Under the pieces are notes generated by a model. That model was given only the letters and a program-made list of their open reading frames with translations. It did not search any database and was not told where the DNA came from. A DNA stretch of 64,000 nucleotides from positions 1,902,884-1,966,883 of the forward strand of contig JBFWNU010000001.1 of the NCBI GenBank assembly GCA_050250895.1, given 5' to 3'. A program made the translations under genes and the position numbers. Positions 57,601-64,000 of this stretch are shown here, piece by piece. The DNA is from Vulcanimicrobiota bacterium. Lineage in GTDB: Bacteria; Vulcanimicrobiota; Xenobia; Xenobiales; JADMJV01. Positions within the stretch are counted from its first letter, which is position 1. Each line of letters starts with the position of its first letter.

Positions 57601-58293
57601 CTCGAGGTCCTCGCCGGCCACGGTCGCGACGCTGCCCGTCTTGGTGAGGACGGCGCCGTATTTCTTCAGGTCCTGGCTCGACACTCCGTAGGTGTTGCGG
57701 AGTGACTCGAAGCCCTCGAGGCTGCCGGACAGCGCCTTCCCTACGACAAGGGCCGTCTCGTTGAGGTTGCGGCCCATCCCCGCGGCCAGGTCGGCCACGC
57801 GGGGAAGGACTTCCTGGCTCCGCTGCCCGTAGACCTCGAGTTGAACAGTGGCTTCGACAATGCCCCGCACATCAAACGGTGTACGAGCTGCCAGCTGCTT
57901 GGCTGCCTCGAGGGTCTTTTGGGCCCTGGCCGACGAACCCTGAACGGTCTCGAGTCTGCCCTGCAGTTGCTCGAACTCGCTGGAGATGCGAACGGCGTTG
58001 GCCAGGATGAGGGCCAGCCCGGCACCGGCCGCAGCGGCGGCCACGCCGAAGCCCTTGCCCAGCTCGGTGACCTGGCCTTGGAGCTCCCGATGGTCGTTCT
58101 TGACATGTTCCAGCTCGTTGCTGAGTCCGCGGAAGCGCTCGGTCGCGCCCCTTCCGACCTGGTCCAATTGGACGTTCGCCTCTCGGGCTGCGCGTCCCAC
58201 CCTGTCGATGCCCTTCTCGAGGTCATCAAGGGTCTTCCTGAAAGAGGGGTCTGTCCGAGCGAGAACCTTGAAGATAAGAGCGGTTTCTGGCAT
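54664..58293 (-). CDS. phage tail tape-measure protein
   Basis: 1209 aa, helical; ARTPFDVRGIVEATVQL..VADLAAGMG..TLQGSLSNAADA tape-measure domain; central Ala/Gly hydrophobic segments; long coiled coil. Confidence 0.85.
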   Translation of the reverse strand: MPETALIFKVLARTDPSFRKTLDDLEKGIDRVGRAAREANVQLDQVGRGATERFRGLSNELEHVKNDHRELQGQVTELGKGFGVAAAAAGAGLALILANAVRISSEFEQLQGRLETVQGSSARAQKTLEAAKQLAARTPFDVRGIVEATVQLEVYGQRSQEVLPRVADLAAGMGRNLNETALVVGKALSGSLEGFESLRNTYGVSSQDLKKYGAVLTKTGSVATVAGEDLEKARQALLRLIQVRFGGAIDRQAKTLQGSLSNAADAVTNFAAKFGDDLAPAVQVGAQIFTKMVEVAGSVPDTFRQIATFGAVATAGLLVLGGGAVTATAGLAAMNQQLALAAVNGFPAAGRAAVVTGSALKGLGAVAGTVGGVMTILTTTIAGPLVAALAIANLATLNYARTQERLGQAIGEQARTIQDSRATLRSITSVVNDLAKEQGVFVERTNDASKFAEQFGKALDNIPAGRLAARLVALGYTLDELKKKLAENREAADERRRQIQALQEAIAKAPPITDSTIQVTDELKTLFPDSWYVSVDEANEALQLLQQEFSDLGQEATALRQAQQKVAAISPDLKALTEETARLKDYLNFAGATGSVDNLKGALSELDAQLARNNEKLKKAALPTSFEGLQRALLEGADQVTEQQRAVIQEQLGLLKTREQLQSSITDKTQQKAKEEVDAVERSLREQKSLREVSTSEEIAELERALAAAKRLGQAGLDDAIQIREKIKAVRAQEAKDAEETAKKLVEGQLKAATQAVTEVKNQQGATAAEVVDQIDLVLTSLQKWRDKNRQLLDDYPELSEQLKEFTDRLTGERGQQATKALADNFNQLKQQVADFSAGATNATQRLEANARAIALIKSAQRRGSIDTATADQELRGLARERLGLEQQITNERRAQADEVAALQIQAVQQEIDLLQTRLQAGEAVEDQLMAKRLELQKVRLEAIDRELQADLAAGKDRELAEQKARLKREAILREGTINRKRELAEQEKDQAAGVARQNAQTGLQTATASLQPPAGAPEGPTPTADPRLTPDQALTGGSTAPSLADLRAKATDDRARRADSFRRSNQLGLELVSQIDESRRTAAVERDTPRLQRAQELFRERLSDKLDRAGVVDSLRAAAAQTAPQVPTFEDIGQAQRKAATPKGSPLDSGGAPKSAPTTINQTFHTTFGPHVTVTPKIEELVNQVAQEIAKQVKRGSLRDGGAGRLGS

Positions 58294-58823
58294 CAGTCCT
58301 CCTGCATGATGCGGTCGGTCGCCTGCTTGACCGCGGCTTGCTCGTAGAGTCGAAGGCCGTGCTCGAAGATCTCGTCGATCTGGTTGACCCGGTCTTGAAG
58401 GGCCAGCACAGCTTGAACGGTCTCCAGGCTACACTGGCGCAGCAGGTCGGGGTCGGCCGGTGGCCCGCCGTCGGTCGGGTGGCGGAGCGCCTGCAGCAGC
58501 AATCCGGTCAGGTTCGACAGCATCCTTTCGACGGCGTCGGCCATCGTCGGGGCCTCGGTGCCCATGTCCTGGATGTCAGCCAGAGCAGATCGAGCTGCAT
58601 CCTCCTGGGCCTGCAGGTAGACCGGCAGCTGGTCGAGCGGCCAGGCCGTCACGGCGAAGGTCCGGCTCGAGCCGTCGGTCAGCTCGAGCACGAACTCTTC
58701 TCGGCGAGGGCGCAGGATGAGGCGCCCTTCCTCGTCGCGGGGTAGGTCCAACTCGGGCCGCGGCCGGGCCTGCACGGCGAAGTTGGCAAAGAGGCCAACG
58801 AGGGGGGAGAGGGAGGTATTCAT
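58293..58823 (-). CDS. hypothetical protein, possible tail assembly chaperone
   Basis: 176-aa acidic helical ORF immediately upstream of the TMP gene. Confidence 0.5.
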   Translation of the reverse strand: MNTSLSPLVGLFANFAVQARPRPELDLPRDEEGRLILRPRREEFVLELTDGSSRTFAVTAWPLDQLPVYLQAQEDAARSALADIQDMGTEAPTMADAVERMLSNLTGLLLQALRHPTDGGPPADPDLLRQCSLETVQAVLALQDRVNQIDEIFEHGLRLYEQAAVKQATDRIMQED

Positions 58824-59125
58824 CTGTTCTTCTTCCTTTCGGGTTTGGTTGAGACGCGAAGCGCCTCCGTAAAGGCCAGGGTGAGGCCGAGAACAAAGGC
58901 GTCCCAGCTTTCGGGCGTGTAGGCCCAGGGCTTGCCAGCTCCGCCGTGAGCCGACTTCCCAGCCTGGTGAGTGACCTTTTCGAAATCGCCTTCCGTCCAC
59001 CAACAGCCCTCCGCTTCGCACTGGTCGAGGATGCCGACAAACTTCTCTTTGCCGTCGACGTGAAGGGCGATGGTTTCCCGTTGGTTGTCGGGGTTGCGGT
59101 CCCACTTGAAAACGATCTGGTTCAC
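58820..59125 (-). CDS. hypothetical phage protein
   Basis: RBS AGGAGG; coupled to the next gene. Confidence 0.55.
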   Translation of the reverse strand: MNQIVFKWDRNPDNQRETIALHVDGKEKFVGILDQCEAEGCWWTEGDFEKVTHQAGKSAHGGAGKPWAYTPESWDAFVLGLTLAFTEALRVSTKPERKKNR

Positions 59126-59133
59126 GGGTCCTC

Positions 59134-59523
59134 CTAGAACGGGATGTCGTCAATCCCGAGGCCGTCGCTTTGCCTCGGTGGTTGGGGCTGCCGGCGAGGT
59201 TCCTGGGCCGGCGGGGCCTGCTGGGGTGGCGCCGCCTGCAGGTAGACCTGCAAGTCCGGGTCGCGGTCGTCGTTCTTCTGCTGGTTGGCGAAGACCAGCA
59301 CGCGAGCGCCGCCGAGGCGGCCAACGTAGTAGCGGGTTCCGTTCTTGGATTCGCGGGCCCAGAGGCCGCAGAGCGGGACCTTCGCGGGATAGGATTCGCT
59401 CATCGAGTTGCCTTTCTGCCCGCTTGGCACGGGCTTGGGTTTGGTGGGTGGAGTGGGGGTGGGTTGATTTAGTGGTCGGTAGAAGTCGATAGCAGCCTGA
59501 CGGGCCGCTCGTGAACGGTTCAT
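59134..59523 (-). CDS. DUF736-like / SSB-like protein
   Basis: GLWARESKNGTRYYVG..DPDLQVY; acidic C-terminal tail DDIPF. Confidence 0.7.
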   Translation of the reverse strand: MNRSRAARQAAIDFYRPLNQPTPTPPTKPKPVPSGQKGNSMSESYPAKVPLCGLWARESKNGTRYYVGRLGGARVLVFANQQKNDDRDPDLQVYLQAAPPQQAPPAQEPRRQPQPPRQSDGLGIDDIPF

Positions 59524-59771
59524 AGTTCCTCCAGGTGGGGTAGGATGGCCCGGCTGGCCGCCAGGTTCCACGGCGCGGGCTTCAGGGCGCAGGGCTTGGC
59601 CACGAAGTACTCGCGACCGCCGTAGGTGAAGGTCTCACCCCAAAAAGCTAGCTCGACATCCTCCACCAGCCTGGCCCGCCCGATGAGCTGGCCTTCAACG
59701 ACAAGGTCGACCAGGGCGACCACGGGCGGGGCTGGGATTTCTGGATACCAGCAAACAAAAGACACCTTCAT
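59520..59771 (-). CDS. hypothetical protein
   Basis: Short ORF overlapping both neighbours by 4 bp. Confidence 0.45.
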   Translation of the reverse strand: MKVSFVCWYPEIPAPPVVALVDLVVEGQLIGRARLVEDVELAFWGETFTYGGREYFVAKPCALKPAPWNLAASRAILPHLEEL

Positions 59772-60619
59772 GCCGCCCCCCAACAGTCGACCGAAAGCGC
59801 CTGGTCGGCGAGGTCGAAGAGTCGCTTCAGGGGGCAGCACCTGCCTAGCGAGCCAGTTTCCATCTCCTCCTGGACGCGAGCGAAGGCTTCTCTGATAGCT
59901 TGCTGGAGTTTGTGGGGTGGTAGGGGGAGGTCTAGGAAGTCTTGTTTTCGCTTTTGCACATACCGCGGGGCCCGGCTCATCTTGCTGGGGGCCAGACGGG
60001 TAAGCAGCTTCTGAAGCCAGGAATCGAAGAGAATCTTCCCACCTCCCCCCTCTTGGGGGGTAAGGGGGGTACTGTCTTTATGTCTTTCCTTGTCTTTAGA
60101 CCCCTCGGAAAGGCTTTTGCCAGAAGGCTCAGACGGGGGTGAAAGGGGGGCCTGGAGGGAACCCTTTGTGGGGGCCTGGAGGGTACCCTTTCTGTGCCCT
60201 CCGGTATCCCCTTTCTCATGCGAAAGGGTTCCCGGAGCTACCCCCTTTTCTTGGTCTGAAAGGGGTCCCTCCGGTATCCCCTTTTCATCGGGTCGGGCCG
60301 TACGACTCGAACCCTTGGGGGTGTTGGGTGGTGGTGGCCAGTTCAAGCTGAGTTCACTCTTGGCGCCGCGGTGGGTGCCTTGAGCGTGTCGGTGAAGTAG
60401 GCCGGCGCTTGTCAGGCTCCGAAGAGCTGTGCGAATCACCTTCTTGGTGTGGCCCGTCAATGTCATCAGCTCAGCGACAGTGATACGCACCCGCTCAACC
60501 CTCCATCCCCAGGTTTCGCGCTCGATGATGTCCAGAACGTCGCGCTCTGAGCCACGCAGGCCCTGTTTCGCAAGGTGCCGCGGCCAATCGTTCGGCCGTT
60601 GATACCAACCGTGACTCAT
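59768..60619 (-). CDS. phage replication initiator (lambda O-like wHTH)
   Basis: ERDVLDIIERETWGW..ITVAELMTLTG..IRTALRSL..GLL; low-complexity centre carrying DNA repeats. Confidence 0.75.
   Translation of the reverse strand: MSHGWYQRPNDWPRHLAKQGLRGSERDVLDIIERETWGWRVERVRITVAELMTLTGHTKKVIRTALRSLTSAGLLHRHAQGTHRGAKSELSLNWPPPPNTPKGSSRTARPDEKGIPEGPLSDQEKGVAPGTLSHEKGDTGGHRKGTLQAPTKGSLQAPLSPPSEPSGKSLSEGSKDKERHKDSTPLTPQEGGGGKILFDSWLQKLLTRLAPSKMSRAPRYVQKRKQDFLDLPLPPHKLQQAIREAFARVQEEMETGSLGRCCPLKRLFDLADQALSVDCWGAA
60142..60286. repeat. iteron-like repeats inside rep (putative origin)
   Basis: GGGGGCCTGGAGGGWACCCTTT twice (60146, 60170); CCCTCCGGTATCCCCTTT twice (60197, 60267). Confidence 0.65.
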
Positions 60620-62010
60620 TGGAGGTCGCCTCCGAAGTCAAGACTGTCCCAGCTCTCGTCTGGGACGGATTCGCAAACCTGCCGGGGCACAAGAGCCGGC
60701 TCAAACCGGGTGAGTCGTCCCACCCATCGAAGCCGGATGTTGACGAGCTCGCCGTTTCGGCGCTTGCGCACGTAGAGCCACGCCTCTTCTGGGTCGGCGT
60801 TCTTGCTGAACATCACCGGCCGATGGAGCATCAAGACCAGGTCGGCATCCTGTTCCAGGTGGCCCGACTCGCGAAGGTCGCTCAGCTGAGGGGTCTTGTC
60901 TGGGCGCCTTGTCACGTCGCGGCTCAGCTGACACAGCACGATGACGGCCAGGCCGGTGCGCCGAGATAAGGCCTGCAGGACCCTGCTCGCCTCGCTGGTC
61001 TGCTCATAGTCGCGCCGGCCGAGGTGGCCCAGGTGGTCGATGACCACCGCCTTGGCGTCGGGGTGCCGAATCACGAATCGCTCGATTTGACCCAGCACCG
61101 TGGCCAGCTCCTGGCCCGCGGGGCCCAGCTGGTCGAGGATGTAGAGCGGGCACCGGTCGCGCAGGCGCTCTTCCAGCTCGAGCGCCACGCCCGCTGAAGG
61201 CACGACCTCGCGGAGCTGGGCGACGTAGCGGCCGGCCAGTTCAGCGCCGGGCATCTCGCCGGACACGTAGAGCGTTGGCCCATGTTGGCCCGCGATGTGC
61301 TTTGCAAGAGCGCCCGTCAAAGCCGACTTGCCCATCGAGGGGCGTCCGGCGATGATGGTCATCGCGCCCAGCGGCAGGCCGCCGTTCTCATCGAGCGCCG
61401 GGAGCCCGGTAGTCAGGCCCGTCTTTGTGTCGGCGTTCTCCTGCAGTTCTCGGGCAAGCTCGGCCATGGCGTCGGCAATATGAACCGGCTCATGCCGAAG
61501 ACCGCGCCCTGTGGCCCTGACCAGGTCGTCAGCGACCCTAATGGCCAGGGCCGTCGCGTCAGCGTCAGGCGACCGCAGTTCGCTCAGCAAGTGCCGGGCA
61601 GCGCGCTCTATCTCGCGCCGCTGGGCCTGCTTGACCACCAGGTCGACCAGGGCGAAGGCCGCCGAGTCGGTTGAGTCTACATCGGTGGCCAGTACGGCCT
61701 GAAGCGCCTCTGGGTCGAGGTGCTCGGCCAGCAGGTGAGGGTGAACCCGGTGGCCTCGCTTGACCAGCTCCCGCAGGCCGCGATAGCCGCGCCTGGCGGC
61801 CAGGTCCGCGAAGTCTGATTCTACGGCGACCCGCAGAAGGTAGGCGGTCCGGTTCTCCGACTCGAGGGCGCAACGGATGGCGCGCCGTTCGGTGAGGGCG
61901 GCCGGGGACGTTTGCGCGTTGTCTTTGGATGGCGTAGTATGGTGGTGACGCCGTTTGTCACCCTTGCCCCCCTGGTCGCCAGCCTTCGGGGCTCTTTCAT
62001 TTTCGGGCAT
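60616..62010 (-). CDS. dnaB: DnaB-like replicative helicase
   Basis: IAGRPSMGKS; VIDHL; LCQLSR; LSDLRESGHLEQDAD; KRRNG. Confidence 0.9.
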   Translation of the reverse strand: MPENERAPKAGDQGGKGDKRRHHHTTPSKDNAQTSPAALTERRAIRCALESENRTAYLLRVAVESDFADLAARRGYRGLRELVKRGHRVHPHLLAEHLDPEALQAVLATDVDSTDSAAFALVDLVVKQAQRREIERAARHLLSELRSPDADATALAIRVADDLVRATGRGLRHEPVHIADAMAELARELQENADTKTGLTTGLPALDENGGLPLGAMTIIAGRPSMGKSALTGALAKHIAGQHGPTLYVSGEMPGAELAGRYVAQLREVVPSAGVALELEERLRDRCPLYILDQLGPAGQELATVLGQIERFVIRHPDAKAVVIDHLGHLGRRDYEQTSEASRVLQALSRRTGLAVIVLCQLSRDVTRRPDKTPQLSDLRESGHLEQDADLVLMLHRPVMFSKNADPEEAWLYVRKRRNGELVNIRLRWVGRLTRFEPALVPRQVCESVPDESWDSLDFGGDLQ

Positions 62011-62102
62011 CTTTCGTCCTTATGGCGGTGGAATCTGTAACTCCATCGTGTGATACCTCCTCACTGTCTTGACAGAAATTCAATCCGTCGGTCAAAAAAA
62101 AA

Positions 62103-62285
62103 TCAATCGCCTTCGAGTAGCCGCCGCAACCGACACAAAGGCACCAGCAGGCGCCGTCCAACTCGGATTGTGGGGATGTCCCCCCGACGGGCTGCAGCAT
62201 AGCTAGACTGGCGGCCTAGACCAAGCATTCGGCCGGCCTTTGGCACAGAAATGGCCAGGGGCTTCTCTTCGGGCTTGGCATTCAC
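62103..62285 (-). CDS. excisionase-like HTH protein
   Basis: ISVPKAGRMLGLGRQSSYAAARRGDIPTIRVGRRLLVP. Confidence 0.8.
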   Translation of the reverse strand: MNAKPEEKPLAISVPKAGRMLGLGRQSSYAAARRGDIPTIRVGRRLLVPLCRLRRLLEGD

Positions 62286-62509
62286 GCCGAGGCCGCTTCC
62301 TGCTCGGTGGCCACCACCAGGGTTTCTACGGGTATGCCGGTGACCTTCGAAAGTCGCATGAGCACTCCCACGCTCACACCGATCACGCCCCCCATCTGCT
62401 GGTAAAAGGTGTCTTTGGTCACCCCGATTTTGTTGGCAAGCCAAACAAAGGTTCGACCTTCTCGCGCCTTCCAGCGCCGAAGCTCGCTCTGGTTGAGGCG
62501 ATACTGCAT
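62282..62509 (-). CDS. Cro-like HTH regulator
   Basis: WLANKIGVTKDTFYQ..LMRLSKVTGIPVETL; divergent from the repressor. Confidence 0.7.
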   Translation of the reverse strand: MQYRLNQSELRRWKAREGRTFVWLANKIGVTKDTFYQQMGGVIGVSVGVLMRLSKVTGIPVETLVVATEQEAASA

Positions 62510-62539
62510 GTCCAAAGCTTCAAGCCTCCTCTCTCTTGA

Positions 62540-62635
62540 TTTAAAAAGTTTCAAACTTAGTTTACCATTGTCTGGAGGTTTGTCAATCTGATATGGTAAA
62601 CTTGTTTGTATCATAAGTTTGGAACTTAGTTAGAT
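62540..62635. promoter_or_regulatory. divergent repressor/cro control region with operators
   Basis: AT-rich; AAGTTTCAAACTT (62546-62558) and AAGTTTGGAACTT (62615-62627); inverted pair AGTTTACCAT/ATGGTAAACT; minus-strand TTGACA at 62586-62581. Confidence 0.65.
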
Positions 62636-63229
62636 ATGAACTTCAAACAAAGTTTTGGGCGGCGTTTACGCTCTGCCCGCAATGAGCGCGGGCTTTCGCA
62701 ACGCGAATTAGCCGAGCTTCTGGGGGTGAGTGCGGCCGTGGTTTCGGATTGGGAGGTCGCCAAGTCGAGTCCTCAGCTCGAACGGCTGGAGCAAATAGCT
62801 TCTCACCTGCAGAAGTCACCGGCCTGGTTTTTTGTCGAGGAGGACGCCGGTTCAAGGGGTGTTGAGGTCGCGGCAAGCTCGCCAGAGATGGTCGACCTTT
62901 TGAACAGCGCAGCAGATTTCTGTGAACGCGAAGGTCAACGGGCGAAACTCCACGCCGAGGCTTTCGCCTGCTTTCAAAGATACTTCGAAGCCGTCGGTTC
63001 GATGACTCTTGCAAGCCTGTCGCAGGAGCAAAAGGAGGCTTTGAGTTTCACGACCACCCAGAGGCTATTCGACGCGGGTCAAATGGAACCGGAGGTGATG
63101 GAGTTCGCCGACGATGGCCCGGGAGTGGTGATTACTGGGAGTGACCTGCTAAACACTATTGAGGCGCACCTTGCGGGCTCATTGAGGGAGTTGCGTCGTC
63201 TTGACGCAGGCCGTGGGGGTCAAGCATGA
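62636..63229 (+). CDS. XRE-family (CI-like) repressor
   Basis: FGRRLRSARNERGLSQRELAELLGVSAAVVSDWE. Confidence 0.85.
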   Translation: MNFKQSFGRRLRSARNERGLSQRELAELLGVSAAVVSDWEVAKSSPQLERLEQIASHLQKSPAWFFVEEDAGSRGVEVAASSPEMVDLLNSAADFCEREGQRAKLHAEAFACFQRYFEAVGSMTLASLSQEQKEALSFTTTQRLFDAGQMEPEVMEFADDGPGVVITGSDLLNTIEAHLAGSLRELRRLDAGRGGQA

Positions 63230-64000
63230 GAGGGCACATCCAGAAGCGGGGCAACGGTTACCGGGTCGAGATTCACATCGGCTACGACGAGCAAGGCAAG
63301 CGGATTCGCCACCGCCAGACACTCTCGACCAAGAAGGCGGCCGAGAAGTACATGCGTGCCAAGCTCGACGAGCTGGAGACCGAAGGCGGCATCCGCGCGA
63401 AGAGCCTCGAGACACTGGAAGCCTATCTCAAGCGGTGGCTAGAGGTGTCGGCCGCGCCCCGCGTCAGGCAGCGCACGCTGGAGGACTACACCGAGAAGCT
63501 TCGTGGCTACGTCTTCGAAACGCCGCTCGGCCGCAAGCCGCTCGCCACGGTCACGCCGAGCGACATCCAGGAGCTTTACGCATCGGTGCAGGCCCGAGTA
63601 AAGGCGTCAGGCCGTGGCAACGGCGTGACCTCGGTGAAGCGCCTTCACGCGGTGCTGAGGAGCGCCATTAACCAGGCGGTGAAGTGGCGTCTGCTCACTC
63701 AGAACGTCTGCCTGTTTGTCGACCTACCGAAACAAAATCGGGCCGATGACCCGTATGGCCGCCAGCACAAAAAGGAGGTCCTTCAGACAGAGGATTTCCC
63801 GGCCTTCATCCAGGCCGCCCTACAGGAAGAGCGCCTCGGGGCAATGTGGGTTCTGGCGCTGCAGACCGGCCTGCGCCCTGGTGAGTATCTGGGTCTTCAG
63901 TGGGCCGACTTCGGACCGAACCTTCGCCAGTTCACCGTCAACCGCGCCCTGGTCCGGGTGCGCACCGAGGACGGACAGGGTTGGCGGTTCGAGGAGCCCA
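63226..64000 (+). CDS. int: tyrosine integrase (truncated by the window end)
   Basis: Manual translation from ATG 63226: MRGHIQKRGNGYRVEIHIGYDEQGKR (arm-binding) ... ALQTGLRPGEYLGLQWADF (box I Arg). Confidence 0.9.
   Translation, partial: MRGHIQKRGNGYRVEIHIGYDEQGKRIRHRQTLSTKKAAEKYMRAKLDELETEGGIRAKSLETLEAYLKRWLEVSAAPRVRQRTLEDYTEKLRGYVFETPLGRKPLATVTPSDIQELYASVQARVKASGRGNGVTSVKRLHAVLRSAINQAVKWRLLTQNVCLFVDLPKQNRADDPYGRQHKKEVLQTEDFPAFIQAALQEERLGAMWVLALQTGLRPGEYLGLQWADFGPNLRQFTVNRALVRVRTEDGQGWRFEEP

Larger units (their letters stand above)
46775..64000. mobile_element. tRNA-Lys-integrated phage-satellite-like element or minimal prophage (continues past the window end)
   Basis: att fragment at left; integrase, repressor, Cro, Xis, DnaB, Rep, SSB-like and TMP genes; cargo next to the att site. 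Confidence 0.8.

Noticed and set aside
46775-64000. Complete prophage or conjugative ICE
   Set aside because: No terminase, portal, capsid, lysis, relaxase or T4SS genes recognisable between att and integrase

Overview
GC-rich bacterial chromosomal window. The mix of an SLH-anchored outer-membrane protein, several Ser/Thr kinases and many orphan proteins suggests Vulcanimicrobiota/Eremiobacterota, but this is only an inference. Positions 1-45,000 hold mostly signalling, envelope and protease genes and orphans. Five things stand out. (1) A ~1.15 kb ORF-free, purine-rich, heavily structured unit (about 23,670-24,826) bounded by a near-consensus sigma70 promoter and an intrinsic terminator; it is a candidate giant ncRNA, possibly GOLLD-like. 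(2) From a tRNA-Lys(UUU) 3'-fragment att site at 46,775 to the window end, a >17 kb integrative phage-satellite-like element with integrase, repressor, Cro, Xis, DnaB, O-like Rep with iterons and an SSB-like gene. Its only virion-related genes are a tape-measure protein and two chaperone-like flanking genes; it also carries defence-like cargo (HEPN, ATPase, MTase-REase fusion). (3) Two paralogous ~1,200-1,300 aa proteins built from a 112-aa repeat, each with its own repeat motif. (4) A PqqD/RRE + twin-arginine + 18-Cys fusion. (5) A degenerate clostripain-YidD fusion. All calls come from reading the sequence and translations; no searches were run.
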